Below, piece by piece: positions 1 through 11,471 of a stretch of DNA of 64,000 bases. Numbering within the stretch: the stretch's first letter is position 1; each line of letters opens with the position of its first letter. Position numbers and translations under genes: made by a program. The stretch is taken from NCBI GenBank assembly GCA_047285805.1, contig JBJBCN010000003.1:512001-576000 (forward strand), written 5' to 3'. The notes beneath the pieces were generated by a model. The model searched no databases and was not told the DNA's origin. It saw only the letters and a program-made list of their open reading frames with translations. This DNA is from Synechococcus sp. Its GTDB lineage: Bacteria > Cyanobacteriota > Cyanobacteriia > PCC-6307 > Cyanobiaceae.

Positions 1-248
1 AGGGCCGCCGGCTTGTTGGCAAAGAGAGCCTTCTCGCGGATGCCGGGCTTGGCCTCGAGGAGGCTGGGGATATCCATCCCAAAGACTGTGCTGGCAGCCG
101 CTGGATTGCTCTTCACCAGCTCCAGGTGCTGTGCATGATGCCCCGGCGCCGCAGCTCCCGCCGTGCACGGGTTGGATCGCAGGCCTGCAGCTGCAGCGTG
201 CGGGTTTGACCGGAAGCAGTTCATGTAAGTCGCGCTGAAGTTGGGCAC
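1..248 (-). pseudogene. pilC: 5' part of type IV pilus platform protein PilC, degenerate; continues off the left edge
   Basis: GTG-PNFSATY, then shifted-frame TASGQTRTLQLQACDPTRARRELRRRGIM, then back to LLEAKPGIREKALFANK; resembles the cyanobacterial PilC N-terminus; follows pilT in pilB-pilT-pilC order. Confidence 0.7.
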
Positions 249-436
249 TAGCCCTTCAGGAGCCGCATCAGCTCGTCTGGCTTGCTCGCCTTGGCGAGGG
301 CTTCACTGCGATCCACGGCGCCAGCCTGCACCAGGTTGGCGAGGGCGCGCTCCAGGGTTTGCATGCCCTGCTGGCCGCCCGTTTGGATCTGGGAATAGAG
401 CTGCGCGGTTTGTCCCTCCCGGATCAAGTTGGCGAT
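248..436 (-). pseudogene. pilT: C-terminal remnant of retraction ATPase PilT
   Basis: IANLIREGQTAQLYSQIQTGGQQGMQTLERAL = PilT AIRNLIRE/GMQTL motifs; the ATPase core is absent. Confidence 0.85.
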
Positions 437-1171
437 GTCCAGGTCCGCCATGATTTTCAGGCGAGAGGTCACTGCGGGGGTGAGCTTTTTCGGCAGCTTG
501 TCCAGCTGTTCGAGAACCCCGTCCTGGCGTAGGCGAATGAGCATCCATCCTCCTGGGGTTCCAGGTGGATGTCGCTGGCACTGCGCTCCAGCGCTTGCAC
601 CAGGATGCGATCGACCAGCCTCACCACCGGTGAGGCATTGGAGGCCTCCAGGCTGGCCTCGACTCCAGTTCATTCAGGTTGTCGTCAGGTGCATCCTCGA
701 GCCGCCCCTCGAGTTTCAGCTCATCGACCAAGGACACCCGACTGACGGGGGGGGCTGGTTGTGTTGGCTTGGCCTCATTGGGTGTTGTGGAGGCTGGATC
801 CGCGCTGGGGCTCTGCTCCAGCACCGCCTGAAGGTCCCCCTGGAGGGCCAGCCGCAGTTCCAGGGGCGGTCGGTCCCTCGGAAGCGGCGTCGCAGAGGTT
901 CTGGCGCTGTTCTGCGATCCAGTGGGTGGGGTCGGCCACCCCCAGACCCCCAGGTGGTTGGGATTCAGCTGGACGGGAAGACAGCCCAGGGTTTGGCAGC
1001 TGACTGGGCTGAGTTGGGGATGCCAGCTCCAGCGGTCGCGTCCTGCGGCTGCTAGATCCGCGCTGCTCAAGACGGCTGCCTTGAGAGTAATTCGACCTCA
1101 AGCCGCTGCTGCTCAGAGGTTTGGGCCTCCGCCACCGGTCGCTTGGGGATGGTGCTGGCGCTTGCTGTCAT
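431..1171 (-). pseudogene. pilB: N-terminal remnant of assembly ATPase PilB (GspE family), frameshifted and truncated
   Basis: Pieces in different frames: QQRLEVELL / PVVRLVDRILVQALERSASDIHLEPQE / IRLRQDGVL..PAVTSRLKIMADLDIA; no Walker A. Confidence 0.85.
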
Positions 1172-1266
1172 CAGCCGCTCCGCCGAGGAGGTGCGGGCTT
1201 CCGCCGCTTGTGGGGTGGCGCCCCTTCACATCAACATGTCTAGATCAGATCTCCGGTTCGGTCAGC

Positions 1267-1941
1267 ATGAGCGGCGACGTGACTCCGTTTCCCCAGGACT
1301 CCGCCCCGGCCCCAGCTGAGGCCGCGGCAGCCTCAGAAGCCAGTACTGCGGTGAATTCGGCGCCGGCTGAGGTGGCTGCTGAACCCAGTGCCGACCCTGA
1401 GCAGCGTGTCCGGGAGCTCGAGGCCGAACTAACGGCCCTGAAGGCTGAGCACGAGAGCGTCCGTAGTCAGTACATGCGGATTGCGGCGGATTTCGACAAC
1501 TTCCGCAAGCGCCAGAGCCGCGATCAAGAGGATCAACGCACCCAGATCGCCTGCTCCACCCTGAGCGAAATCCTGCCCGTGGTGGACAACTTCGAACGGG
1601 CCCGACAGCAGCTGGATCCTCAGGCTGAAGAAGCCCAGGCTATCCACCGCAGCTACCAGGGGCTCTACAAGCAGCTAGTGGATGTGTTCAAGCAACTGGG
1701 CGTTTCGCCGATGCGGGTCGAGGGCGAGCCCTTTGATCCCACCCTCCATGAGGCGGTGCTGCGGGAACCCAGCGATGAGCACGCGGAAGACCTGGTGATC
1801 GCCGAATTGCAGCGGGGTTATCACCTCAACGATCGAGTTCTGCGTCACGCCCTGGTCAAGGTCTCGATGGGTCCTGGTCCCAGCGGCGATGCTGCACCGG
1901 CCAGCTCTACCGAGGACGCTGCACCCTCTGAAGAGGCCTGA
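1267..1941 (+). CDS. grpE: Nucleotide exchange factor GrpE
   Basis: [38 protein letters not shown]; upstream of dnaJ. Confidence 0.97.
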   Translation: MSGDVTPFPQDSAPAPAEAAAASEASTAVNSAPAEVAAEPSADPEQRVRELEAELTALKAEHESVRSQYMRIAADFDNFRKRQSRDQEDQRTQIACSTLSEILPVVDNFERARQQLDPQAEEAQAIHRSYQGLYKQLVDVFKQLGVSPMRVEGEPFDPTLHEAVLREPSDEHAEDLVIAELQRGYHLNDRVLRHALVKVSMGPGPSGDAAPASSTEDAAPSEEA

Positions 1942-1943
1942 GG

Positions 1944-3071
1944 ATGGCCGACTTCTACGACCTCCTAGGGGTTAGCCGTGATGCTGACGCGGACACGCTG
2001 AAGCGTTCCTATCGCCGTCTAGCGCGCCAGTACCACCCGGATATCAACAAGGACCCCGGGGCCGAAGACAAGTTCAAGGAGATCGGCCGTGCCTATGAGG
2101 TGCTGAGCGATCCCCAGACCCGGTCCCGCTACGACCAGTTCGGTGAAGCCGGTCTGGGCGGAGCCGCCGGGATGCCCGACATGGGCGACATGGGCGGCTT
2201 TGCTGACCTGTTTGAGACCTTCTTCAGTGGATTCGGTGGCGGCGTGGGCGGTCCCTCCGCTGGGGGCGCACGCCGGCGCGGTCCCAGCCAGGGAGATGAC
2301 CTGCGCTTTGACCTGACCATCAGCTTCAGCGAAGCGGTCTTTGGTCAAGAGAAGGAGATCCAGATCCGGCACCTGGAGACTTGCAACAGCTGCAGTGGTT
2401 CAGGCGCCAAGAGCGGCAGTGGCCCCACCAGCTGCGGCACCTGCGGCGGTGCTGGTCAGGTCCGGCGTGCCACCCGCACCCCCTTTGGCAGCTTCACCCA
2501 GGTGGCGGCCTGCCCCACCTGCGAAGGCACCGGTCAGGTCATTGCCGATCCCTGCGGCTCTTGTGGCGGCCAGGGCTTACAGCAGGTTCGCAAGAAGCTG
2601 CGCATCAACATCCCGGCGGGTGTCGACACCGGCACTCGCCTGAGGGTCGCCGATGAGGGCAACGCTGGGCAACGGGGCGGCCCCGCGGGTGACCTCTACG
2701 TCTTTCTGACGGTTCAGGCCCATCCGCACCTGCGCCGTGATGGGATCAATATCCACTCGGAGGTGACCGTCAACTACCTCCAGGCGATCCTCGGCGACAC
2801 GATTGAGGTGGAGACCGTGGATGGCCCGGAACAACTGGAGATTCCTGCTGGCACCCAGCCCGGAGCGGTCCTGACCCTGACGGGTAAGGGGGTGCCGAAA
2901 TTGGGCAATCCCGTGGCGCGGGGCAACCACCTGATCCAGATCAAGGTGCAGCTCCCGACCAAGGTCAACCGTGAGGAGCGCGAGCTGCTCGAGCAATTGG
3001 CGGGTCACCACACCGCCAAGGGGCAGAAGCATCCCCACAAGAGCGGGTTGTTCGGCGGTTTGTTTGGCTAG
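1944..3071 (+). CDS. dnaJ: Chaperone DnaJ
   Basis: J domain HPD, G/F region, four CxxCxGxG repeats. Confidence 0.98.
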   Translation: MADFYDLLGVSRDADADTLKRSYRRLARQYHPDINKDPGAEDKFKEIGRAYEVLSDPQTRSRYDQFGEAGLGGAAGMPDMGDMGGFADLFETFFSGFGGGVGGPSAGGARRRGPSQGDDLRFDLTISFSEAVFGQEKEIQIRHLETCNSCSGSGAKSGSGPTSCGTCGGAGQVRRATRTPFGSFTQVAACPTCEGTGQVIADPCGSCGGQGLQQVRKKLRINIPAGVDTGTRLRVADEGNAGQRGGPAGDLYVFLTVQAHPHLRRDGINIHSEVTVNYLQAILGDTIEVETVDGPEQLEIPAGTQPGAVLTLTGKGVPKLGNPVARGNHLIQIKVQLPTKVNREERELLEQLAGHHTAKGQKHPHKSGLFGGLFG

Positions 3072-3078
3072 GTCAGTG

Positions 3079-3300
3079 ATGACCCAGCTCGACCTCCGCG
3101 GGACTCCTTGCCCGCTCAATTTCATCCGCACCAAGCTCGCCCTTGAGAAGCTCTCCGCCGGCGAGTGGCTGAAGGTGGATCTCGATGCCGGTGAGCCCGA
3201 GGAGATGGTCGCCAGCGGCTTGCGGGAGGCTGGACATCGCGTTGAGCTGGAGTCCTTGGAGGCTGGGGTGGTGCGCTTGTTGATCTGTCGCTGTGGCTGA
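3079..3300 (+). CDS. TusA/SirA-family sulfurtransferase
   Basis: LDLRGTPCPLNFIRTKLALEKL motif. Confidence 0.88.
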   Translation: MTQLDLRGTPCPLNFIRTKLALEKLSAGEWLKVDLDAGEPEEMVASGLREAGHRVELESLEAGVVRLLICRCG

Positions 3301-4297
3301 CGCCCTGGTGATGGCCCTCGAGGCCAACTTTTGCCGGGTGCAACTGGATCGGCCGGGCCCTGGAGGCGTTCATGAGCTCCTCTGCGTGCGCCGGACTCGG
3401 TTGGGCAAGACCGGTCAACAGATTTGTGTGGGTGATCGGGTTGAGGTGGAGGGCATCGATTGGCCTGAAGCCCGGGCCGCGATCGCGGCGGTGGGGCCCC
3501 GCAGCAGCCTGCTTGAGCGTCCCGCGGTTGCGAACTGCAGTCGCGTCGTGGTTGTGGGTGCCCTGGATCAGCCGGAGTTGGACCCGCTGCAACTCACCCG
3601 CTTTTTGCTGACCGCTGAGCGCACGGGCGTCGCCGTGGAGCTGGTCCTCACCAAGGCCGATTTGCTGAGCGAGGCCGAGCAGCAGCGGTGGCGTGAGCGG
3701 CTCATGGGTTGGGGTTACTCCCCTCTCCTCGTCTCCTCAAAGTGCGGCGATGGCCTGGCCGCCCTCCGTGATCGCTTGGTGGCACCAGGGATTTCTGTCC
3801 TTTGCGGCCCTTCCGGGGTGGGCAAGAGCAGCCTGATTAATGCCCTGTTGCCGCAGCTGAGCTTGCGGGTGAGTGCGGTTACCGGGCGTCTACAGCGGGG
3901 GCGCCACACCACGCGCCACGTGGAGCTATTCCCGCTGGCGTCGGGTGCCCTCTTGGCGGATTCTCCCGGCTTTAATCGGCCCTCCTTGCCCGCGGATCCT
4001 GCGGAGCTGGGGATGCTCTTCCCAGAGATCCGCCAGCAGCGCGAGGCTGCGGTTTGTCAGTTCAAGAATTGCCTGCACCAGGGCGATCCCGGCTGCGCCG
4101 TTGGCAGAGATTGGGATCGCCATGGTCTGTATCTCACTTGCCTGGAGTCGGTTCAGCAGCAGGTGGAGCGGCAACCCCGGCTGCGCACGGCAGGGTTGAA
4201 GCAGCGCGGAGGCAAAGAGGAGCCCTTACTCGATAAGCGCCTGCGCCAAAGCTCGAGGCGCAGGCTGCGGCAAGTGGAGCCGGACGAAGAGGCTTAG
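3293..4297 (+). CDS. rsgA: Ribosome small subunit-dependent GTPase A
   Basis: [23 protein letters not shown]-terminal [14 protein letters not shown]. Confidence 0.96.
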   Translation: MADALVMALEANFCRVQLDRPGPGGVHELLCVRRTRLGKTGQQICVGDRVEVEGIDWPEARAAIAAVGPRSSLLERPAVANCSRVVVVGALDQPELDPLQLTRFLLTAERTGVAVELVLTKADLLSEAEQQRWRERLMGWGYSPLLVSSKCGDGLAALRDRLVAPGISVLCGPSGVGKSSLINALLPQLSLRVSAVTGRLQRGRHTTRHVELFPLASGALLADSPGFNRPSLPADPAELGMLFPEIRQQREAAVCQFKNCLHQGDPGCAVGRDWDRHGLYLTCLESVQQQVERQPRLRTAGLKQRGGKEEPLLDKRLRQSSRRRLRQVEPDEEA

Positions 4298-4632
4298 CCC
4301 ATGCCGGGCAGGTTCAGGTTTAGGCCGCCGGTGAGCTCTTCCATCCGATCCTTCATCGTCCCAGTGGAGTTTTCATAGGCCGATTTCAGGGCCTCGAGGG
4401 TGGCGTTTTCGGTGCTGGAGGCACCCTCGGCGAGCAGGGCAGGGTCCAGGCGCACCTTCAGGGGCTGCTGGTTGCCCGAGAGCCAAACACTGGCGCGGCC
4501 GCAGATGCTTTGGCCTTCGATTTCCATCGCATCCAGCTCTTCCTGAAGCTTGGCGGCGTCCTGTTGGATTTGTTGGGCCTTTTTGAAAGCTTCGGTGAGC
4601 TGGCCGAAGTTGGGGAGACCGAAACCGGCCAT
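4294..4632 (-). CDS. YbaB/EbfC family nucleoid-associated protein
   Basis: [34 protein letters not shown]. Confidence 0.92.
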   Translation of the reverse strand: MAGFGLPNFGQLTEAFKKAQQIQQDAAKLQEELDAMEIEGQSICGRASVWLSGNQQPLKVRLDPALLAEGASSTENATLEALKSAYENSTGTMKDRMEELTGGLNLNLPGMG

Positions 4633-4658
4633 GCCTGCACTGCTGAAGTGTGCGCAGG

Positions 4659-5576
4659 CTACGCCGCCAGGGCGATGTCTTCGAAGGGGCCGAGCCGTTT
4701 CACCTCGGTGTGCAGGGTGATGGCGTGGCGCTGCATCACGCGCTCCTGGACCAGGGCGATCAGCTGGTCAATTTCCCCTGCGCTGGCGGCGCCGGTGTTG
4801 ACGATGAAATTGGCGTGGATCGGCGAGACCTGGGCGCCCCCAATGGCGAGGCCCTTGAGGCCCAGCCCCTCGATGAGTGGCCCTGCTTTTTGCGGGTCGG
4901 GGTTGCGAAAAACGCTGCCGCAGCTTGGTTGCTGGTAGGGCTGGCTGCTGGTTCTGCTATGGAGATTGGCGCTGGTTCGTTGGCTCACGGTTTTCGGGTC
5001 ATGGCCCGGCGAGAGCCGAAAGTGCGCCGAGAGGACCACCAGGGGCTCGTGTTGTAGGCGGCTGTGGCGATAGGCAAATTCCAGCTCTCTGCCCGGGATG
5101 GTGTGGGTTTGGCTGGGCTGGTTGGGGTCCACCACCGTGACGCTCTCCAGGACCTCGGCCGTGCAGCCCCCCTGGGCCCCAGCGTTCATGACGGCCGCTC
5201 CACCGACGGTGCCTGGAATGCCGACGGCCCACTCCAGGCCAGCCAGGCCAGCACGGGCTGCCCGCCGAGCCAGGGTGGGTATTGGCTCGCCAGCTTGGGC
5301 CTCAATCAGGCCGCTTGCGTTCTCCAGTTCTGCTCCTTGGATGTGGCGGGTGCAGAGGGTGAGCCCCTCGAGGCCTTGATCGCTGATGAGCAGGTTGGAG
5401 CCGGCGCCGATGACCTGCTGCCCGCAGCCCTCTTCCTGCGCCCAGCGCAAGAGGGCCAGCAGCTCTTCCGTGGATTCGGGTTCGGCGAAGAACGCCGCAG
5501 GCCCTCCCACTTTCCAGGTGGTGTAGTCAGCGAGAGCGACCGAGCGGCGTAGACCTTCGGGAAGGGATGGGGCCAT
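4659..5576 (-). CDS. murB: UDP-N-acetylmuramate dehydrogenase
   Basis: [39 protein letters not shown]. Confidence 0.97.
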   Translation of the reverse strand: MAPSLPEGLRRSVALADYTTWKVGGPAAFFAEPESTEELLALLRWAQEEGCGQQVIGAGSNLLISDQGLEGLTLCTRHIQGAELENASGLIEAQAGEPIPTLARRAARAGLAGLEWAVGIPGTVGGAAVMNAGAQGGCTAEVLESVTVVDPNQPSQTHTIPGRELEFAYRHSRLQHEPLVVLSAHFRLSPGHDPKTVSQRTSANLHSRTSSQPYQQPSCGSVFRNPDPQKAGPLIEGLGLKGLAIGGAQVSPIHANFIVNTGAASAGEIDQLIALVQERVMQRHAITLHTEVKRLGPFEDIALAA

Positions 5577-5578
5577 CG

Positions 5579-7021
5579 TTAGGCCACAAGGGGAAGGTCG
5601 GCAGCGAGGAAACTGCGGCTTTCTAGGCGGCTCCAAAGGCTGTTCACGTCTCCAGCCCCCATGGCAAGGACCAGGTCGCCGCTGTTGCTGCTGTTGCTGA
5701 TGGCATCGGTCAGGGCGTCCAGCGTGTCAAAGGCGCACACGGGCAGAGCGGGTGCCAGTCGTTGGATTTCGGCGGCGAGGGCAGCACTGGAGATCCCGGG
5801 GAGCGGCGCTTCACCGGCGGCATAGAGCGGGGCCAGAAGGACGGCGTCGGCCTGGCTCAGGGCCTCGGCAAAGTCCGTCAGGAATTCAGCGGTTCGGCTG
5901 TAGCGGTGGGGCTGGAAGACCGCCAGCAGCCGTTGGGGGGGCTCCGGCAAGGGGCTGCGGCCGCTGCTGACCATCAACCGCGCCATCGCCAGGGTCGCCT
6001 TCACTTCGCTCGGGTGGTGGGCGTAATCGTCCACCACTTGCCGGCCAAACCATGTGCCGCGGTAGTCGAAGCGGCGTCCAGGGGCTTGGAGCCCTTCCAC
6101 AGCCCGTTGCAGTTCGGCGAAGGACACACCGTGGAGGCGGCAGGCCCCCATGGCTGCTGTGGCGTTGCTCAGGTTGTGTAGTCCCGGCAGGGGAAGCCGG
6201 AATTGCCCCAGGGCCTCGCCGTGTTCGTAGAAGGTGGCGATGGTGCTGTCCCCGTGCAGCGCATCTGCGATGGCGGCGTAATCCACGCCTTCGCTGCTGC
6301 TGATGGACCACCAATGGCTGGCGTCAAAGTGCTTGAGCAGCACGGGACAGTCCCGATTGGCCAGCAGATTCTCACTGCCCTTGGCAAAGCGCTGCAGGGT
6401 CGTGATCAGGGAAGCGAGATCGCTGTAGTGGTCTGTGTGATCCAGCTCCAGGTTGGTGATCACCCCCAGCCAGGACTGGAATTTCACCAGGGAGCCATCG
6501 GATTCATCTGCCTCGGCCACCAGTAGGGGGCCATTCCCGTTGCGGCCGTTGCTCGCGAAGGCCGGCACGACACCACCAATCACGGCCGTGGGGTCGTGAT
6601 TGGTGGCGTGCAGCAGGCTGGCGACCAGGGCGCTGGTGGTGGTTTTGCCGTGGCTGCCGGCCACGGAGATTGACGGTTGGGCGGCAATCAAGGCCGCGAG
6701 GACATCCGAGCGGTGCCAGGTTTGCAGGCCGGCATGTTCGGCTTCCACCAGTTCCGGGTTGCTGGCTGGAACCGCAGAACTGACGACGACAGCCGGCGGG
6801 CAGGAGGTTCCGCTGCGGATCGCGTCGATGGTGGCGGCGCTTTGCTCGCGAAACACCCGGACCCCGCGGCTGCGCAGGTCCTGCAGCACGGCGTTGTCCC
6901 GCGGATCGGAGCCGCTGATGCTGTAGCCACGGTCCGCCAGGATCCCGGCTATGGCAGACATGCCGATGCCGCCAACTCCAATGAAATGGAGAGGTTGGTG
7001 GCGATCAAGCGTCAGGACCAA
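5579..7021 (-). CDS. murC: UDP-N-acetylmuramate--L-alanine ligase (start approximate)
   Basis: [43 protein letters not shown]. Confidence 0.97.
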   Translation of the reverse strand: MVLTLDRHQPLHFIGVGGIGMSAIAGILADRGYSISGSDPRDNAVLQDLRSRGVRVFREQSAATIDAIRSGTSCPPAVVVSSAVPASNPELVEAEHAGLQTWHRSDVLAALIAAQPSISVAGSHGKTTTSALVASLLHATNHDPTAVIGGVVPAFASNGRNGNGPLLVAEADESDGSLVKFQSWLGVITNLELDHTDHYSDLASLITTLQRFAKGSENLLANRDCPVLLKHFDASHWWSISSSEGVDYAAIADALHGDSTIATFYEHGEALGQFRLPLPGLHNLSNATAAMGACRLHGVSFAELQRAVEGLQAPGRRFDYRGTWFGRQVVDDYAHHPSEVKATLAMARLMVSSGRSPLPEPPQRLLAVFQPHRYSRTAEFLTDFAEALSQADAVLLAPLYAAGEAPLPGISSAALAAEIQRLAPALPVCAFDTLDALTDAISNSSNSGDLVLAMGAGDVNSLWSRLESRSFLAADLPLVA

Positions 7022-7200
7022 TGGCGTATCCAAGCCTGGCCAGAAACTAAGCCCGAACGGGTCGCTTGTCCGCTCCTGGCAGCGCATTTGAGCGATTTCG
7101 ACAGGTGGACCCTCGACGTCCAAAGATGGGGAGGGTCAACGAATTTCTGTATGATCGGCGGCCAAATACCTCTTATTAGCGGGTTTGCCCGCGATATGCC

Positions 7201-8223
7201 ATGACCCTGAAGGTTGCGATCAACGGATTCGGCCGCATCGGTCGCAACTTCATGCGTTGCTGGCTGAGCCGCGGAAGCAATACCGGCATTGAGATTGTCG
7301 GCATCAACGGCTCCGGTGACACCAACACCAATGCCCACCTGCTGAAGTACGACTCGATGCTCGGCCCCCTGCGCAATGCAGAGGTGACCACCACCGAGAA
7401 CACGATCGTCATCAACGGCAAGACGATCAAGACCTTCTACGACCGCAATCCCGCCAACCTCCCCTGGAAAGAGTGGGGCGTGGATCTGGTCATCGAATCC
7501 ACCGGTGTCTTCAACGACGATGTCGGTGCCAGCAAGCACTTCGAGGCCGGTGCTAAGAAAGTGATCCTGACCGCCCCTGGTAAGGGCGACAAGGTCGGCA
7601 CCTTCGTGGTTGGCGTGAACGCCGATCAGTACCGCCATGAGGACTACGACATCCTCAGCAACGCCAGCTGCACCACCAACTGCATGGCGCCTGTGGTCAA
7701 GGTCCTGGATCAGGCCTTCGGCATCGTCAAAGGCACGATGACCACCACCCACAGCTATACCGGTGACCAGCGCATCCTCGATGCCTCCCACCGCGACCTG
7801 CGCCGTGCCCGTGCCGCTGCGGTGAATATCGTTCCCACCAGCACCGGCGCTGCCAAGGCTGTGGCACTGGTCTACCCCGAAGTGAAGGGCAAGCTGAGCG
7901 GCATCGCCCTCCGTGTTCCAACTCCCAACGTTTCGGTGGTGGACATGGTGCTGGAGATGAGTCGCGAGACCACTAAGGACGAGGTCAACGCTGTCCTCAA
8001 GGCCGCTTCTGAAAACGGCATGAAGGGGATCATCAAGTACACCGATCTGCCCCTGGTCTCCAGCGACCACGCCGGCACCGACGAGAGCACCATCGTTGAC
8101 TCCGACCTCACCCTGGTGATGGGCGGCAACATGGTCAAAGTCATCTGCTGGTATGACAACGAGTGGGGCTACAGCCAGCGTGTTGTCGATCTAGCCGAAA
8201 TCGTCGCTAAGAACTGGAAGTGA
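7201..8223 (+). CDS. gap2: Glyceraldehyde-3-phosphate dehydrogenase, NAD(P)-dependent
   Basis: [39 protein letters not shown]. Confidence 0.97.
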   Translation: MTLKVAINGFGRIGRNFMRCWLSRGSNTGIEIVGINGSGDTNTNAHLLKYDSMLGPLRNAEVTTTENTIVINGKTIKTFYDRNPANLPWKEWGVDLVIESTGVFNDDVGASKHFEAGAKKVILTAPGKGDKVGTFVVGVNADQYRHEDYDILSNASCTTNCMAPVVKVLDQAFGIVKGTMTTTHSYTGDQRILDASHRDLRRARAAAVNIVPTSTGAAKAVALVYPEVKGKLSGIALRVPTPNVSVVDMVLEMSRETTKDEVNAVLKAASENGMKGIIKYTDLPLVSSDHAGTDESTIVDSDLTLVMGGNMVKVICWYDNEWGYSQRVVDLAEIVAKNWK

Positions 8224-8250
8224 TCTGAGCCTGGCTCAGTCTTTCCCCTC

Positions 8251-8274
8251 AGCCGCCCTAGGGGCGGCTTTTTT
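8251..8274 (+). terminator. Intrinsic terminator after gap2
   Basis: AGCCGCCC/GGGCGGCT stem followed by a T run. Confidence 0.85.
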
Positions 8275-8298
8275 GTGCTTGATCCGGCTTGCGTGGAT

Positions 8299-9276
8299 CT
8301 AGCTGAAGTGCCGGTAACCCGGGTCGTTGTCGCTTAGAGGCAGACCGCTCTTGCTCCAGGTCAGCTCTGGAGAGGTGGCCGCCACCAGCTCGCCGATCAC
8401 CTGGCAACCCGGAAGTGCGGCGCAGAGGCCTTCTGCCCAGGCCGGTTCCAGCGCGAGCACCAGTTCAAAATCTTCCCCTCCATTGAGGCACCAGCGCTCC
8501 CCTGAGCTCAGGGAGGCCATGGCTGGGTCGAAGGGCAAGGCTGTGCGCTGGAGCTGAGCCCCACAGCCGCTCGCGAGCACCAGGTTCAGGACGGCGCGCT
8601 GCAGCCCGTCACTGCTGTCTGTGCCGCAAACCCGCCATGGAGAGCCGTGGGGCTGGCTCGCTTCGAGGGCGCCGACGGCATCCAGCCGAGGCCTGGGCCG
8701 TTGATGGGCCTGGATGGCGCGTTGCCTTAGGTCCGCTGGAATGGGCTCCTCGAGTTGGTTCTGCAGCAGCGCTAGCCCGAGGCGGCTCAGGCCGTGGGGG
8801 CCGGTGCTCACCAGCCAATCGCCCGGTTGCCCATCCCCGCGGCGGATGGGGCCAGGTCCAAGGCGCCCCAGGGCCGTGATGGCCAGAAGGCGTTGCTGGC
8901 CGCTGCTGCAGTCGCCGCCCAGTAGCATCCCGCCATAGCGCTGCAGCGCCTCGGAGAGGCCCTGATAGACCCCCTCCACCCAGCTCCAGCTGGTCTCGCC
9001 CGGGGCTACGAGGCCAACGGTGAGCCCAAGGACGTCTCGGCACCCCATCGCAGCTAGGTCGGAGAGATTGGCTGCCGCCGCGCGCCAGCCCAAGTCCTGC
9101 GGCGACACGGTCGTGTCGCTGAAATGCACCGCGTCAACGAGGACGTCGGTGTTGACCACCATCGCACCAGATAGCGAAGGGCTCAGGATCGCGGCGTCGT
9201 CCGCCAGCTGGCCTGCGGGCGCATAGGCCGAGAGCCGTTCAATCAGCTCCCATTCCCCGAGCTGATCGAGCCGCAT
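8299..9276 (-). CDS. thiL: Thiamine-monophosphate kinase
   Basis: GEWELIERL, DDAA, NLSDLAAMG, DSSDGL, GGEDFEL. Confidence 0.96.
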   Translation of the reverse strand: MRLDQLGEWELIERLSAYAPAGQLADDAAILSPSLSGAMVVNTDVLVDAVHFSDTTVSPQDLGWRAAAANLSDLAAMGCRDVLGLTVGLVAPGETSWSWVEGVYQGLSEALQRYGGMLLGGDCSSGQQRLLAITALGRLGPGPIRRGDGQPGDWLVSTGPHGLSRLGLALLQNQLEEPIPADLRQRAIQAHQRPRPRLDAVGALEASQPHGSPWRVCGTDSSDGLQRAVLNLVLASGCGAQLQRTALPFDPAMASLSSGERWCLNGGEDFELVLALEPAWAEGLCAALPGCQVIGELVAATSPELTWSKSGLPLSDNDPGYRHFS

Positions 9277-10362
9277 TTAGGCGTGGGCTTTGAGGTTCTC
9301 GCCCCCGTCAATCAGGCGAGCGCGGACTATGCCGTCGTCGATCCCCAGTTCTTCGAGTACGTCGAAGCCGTCGACCACGTAGCCAAAGGCGCTGTAGCGG
9401 CCATCGACGAGGTTCAGCCCTGCCGGGGTGAGTTCGGCTTCGTAGAGGAAGAAGAAGAACTGGGAGGAGCCATTGGCGAGGGATTCGTCGGAGTGGGCCC
9501 AACCCATGGTGCCCAGGGTCGCGAATGGCAGCACCGGGGTGGCTTCAAAGCGGCCCAGATCCTCAAACGTCGCGTTGTAAAAGGGCTCGGTTTCCCCGGG
9601 GATCATGATTTCTAGCGGAACCTGACGCTCAGCTTTGGTTTTCGGGTCGATGTAGCCGGTTTCAGGCCCTTTGGGGTCGCCGGTCTGCAGGACGTAGAAG
9701 TCTTCGGCGCGGGTGAAGGGGAGGCCGTCGTAAAAGCCCTGCTTCACCAGGTCCACAAAGGCACCAGCGGTGAGGGGAGCGTTGTAGCCGTCCACCACTG
9801 CAGTGACGGCGCCTTTGGTTGTCTCGATCTCAACAGTTGCACGTCCTAGAAGCCGGGGGAGCGCATCAAAGTCGCTGGGTATGGCGAAAGGAAAATCACC
9901 CACCAGCAGGGCCTCCAGGTCTCCGACGGTGCTCAGGGCTGCACGTCGGTCGTCCAGGAAGCGGTCGCGGTCCGAACTCTCGCTGCTGGCCACCAGGGTG
10001 TCCATCTGGGCCTGCAGGTTGCTTATAAGGCTTTGCCCCTCGGCTTGCTTGGCGTCCGGCAGGCTCGCCACGATGGCGTCCGCGCGGGTGCTGAGCAGGG
10101 CCTGACTGCGTTTGACCGTATTGACCAGGGCGCTCCAGCGCTTGGCTCTGAGATCGTCGCTGGTGCTCTCCAGCTTGTGCTGCAGCGTTTGTAGATCCGA
10201 TTGTTCGATCGGCAGAGCGTTGCGAAGGATTGCGGCGGGATCCTTCACTGCATTCCCGGGCGGCAGGGCCGCTTGGATTGGAGCCGCCAGTGGGAAGGCG
10301 GCCAGAGCGATTGCGATCAGCAGGGCGGGTACCCAGCGATCCACCCAGCGCTTCAGATCCAT
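9277..10362 (-). CDS. Cyclophilin-type peptidyl-prolyl isomerase (TLP40/CYP38-like, exported)
   Basis: Signal peptide; [47 protein letters not shown]. Confidence 0.9.
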   Translation of the reverse strand: MDLKRWVDRWVPALLIAIALAAFPLAAPIQAALPPGNAVKDPAAILRNALPIEQSDLQTLQHKLESTSDDLRAKRWSALVNTVKRSQALLSTRADAIVASLPDAKQAEGQSLISNLQAQMDTLVASSESSDRDRFLDDRRAALSTVGDLEALLVGDFPFAIPSDFDALPRLLGRATVEIETTKGAVTAVVDGYNAPLTAGAFVDLVKQGFYDGLPFTRAEDFYVLQTGDPKGPETGYIDPKTKAERQVPLEIMIPGETEPFYNATFEDLGRFEATPVLPFATLGTMGWAHSDESLANGSSQFFFFLYEAELTPAGLNLVDGRYSAFGYVVDGFDVLEELGIDDGIVRARLIDGGENLKAHA

Positions 10363-10429
10363 GCTGCAGCCTTGTCTCTGCCCGGACTCTGCCACAGCCG
10401 TACAATCCCGCCTGAACCGTGATGCCGGA

Positions 10430-10990
10430 ATGATCTCGAGCAACGACTTTCGTACCGGCACGACGATCGAGATTGACGGACAGGTCTGGCGAGTCGTCGA
10501 GTTCCTGCACGTCAAGCCCGGCAAAGGCTCCGCTTTCGTGCGCACCAAGCTCAAGGCTGTCCAGTCCGGCAACGTTGTTGAGAAGACCTTCCGGGCCGGC
10601 GAGACCGTGCCCCAGGCGGTTCTAGAAAAAGCCGTGCTTCAGCACACCTACATGGAGGCCGATGACTTCGTCTTCATGGATATGTCCACCTACGAGGAGA
10701 CGCGCCTGACCGCCAAGCAGATCGGCGACCAGCGCAAGTATCTCAAGGAAGGCATGGAGGTGAACGTCGTCTATTGGAACGGGAAGCCTTTGGAAGTGGA
10801 ACTCCCGAACTCCGTTGTTCTCGAAATCACCCAAACTGACCCTGGTGTGAAGGGTGACACCGCGACCGGCGGCACCAAGCCCGCCATTGTCGAGACCGGT
10901 GCTCAGGTGATGGTTCCGTTGTTCCTATCGATCGGCGAAAAGATCAAGATCGACACCCGCACCGACAGCTACTTGGGCCGCGAGAACTGA
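10430..10990 (+). CDS. efp: Elongation factor P
   Basis: [31 protein letters not shown]. Confidence 0.98.
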   Translation: MISSNDFRTGTTIEIDGQVWRVVEFLHVKPGKGSAFVRTKLKAVQSGNVVEKTFRAGETVPQAVLEKAVLQHTYMEADDFVFMDMSTYEETRLTAKQIGDQRKYLKEGMEVNVVYWNGKPLEVELPNSVVLEITQTDPGVKGDTATGGTKPAIVETGAQVMVPLFLSIGEKIKIDTRTDSYLGREN

Positions 10991-10994
10991 TCCC

Positions 10995-11471
10995 ATGCAA
11001 CTCGACCACAACCAGCTGCGTGAGCTGATCGCCCTGCTTGGTGACAGCGATATCCAAGAGCTCAAGCTCGAAGGGGACGACTTCCGTCTAGAGCTGCGTC
11101 GCAACCTGCCTGGCGTTCAGCCCCAGGTGGTGATGCAAGCCGCCGCCCCCGTGGCGGCCCCGGCAGCCCCCGCCCCTGCGGCGGCGGTTCCCTCCGCGGC
11201 TCCTCCGGCAGCCCCCGCAGTCCGGAGCGATCTGATTGAGATCACCGCTCCGATGGTGGCGACCTTCTATCGCTCCCCTGCCCCCGGCGAGGCGGCCTTT
11301 GTTGAGCTCGGCGCCAAGATCAACGTGGGTCAGACCGTCTGCATCCTTGAGGCGATGAAGCTCATGAATGAGCTCGAGTCCGAGGTGAGCGGCGAAGTCG
11401 TAGAAATCCTCGTGGAGAACGGCACCCCCGTGGAGTTCGGTCAAGTGCTGATGCGGGTGAAGCCCGCCTAG
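10995..11471 (+). CDS. accB: Acetyl-CoA carboxylase biotin carboxyl carrier protein
   Basis: EAMKLMNE biotinylation motif; Ala/Pro linker. Confidence 0.98.
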   Translation: MQLDHNQLRELIALLGDSDIQELKLEGDDFRLELRRNLPGVQPQVVMQAAAPVAAPAAPAPAAAVPSAAPPAAPAVRSDLIEITAPMVATFYRSPAPGEAAFVELGAKINVGQTVCILEAMKLMNELESEVSGEVVEILVENGTPVEFGQVLMRVKPA

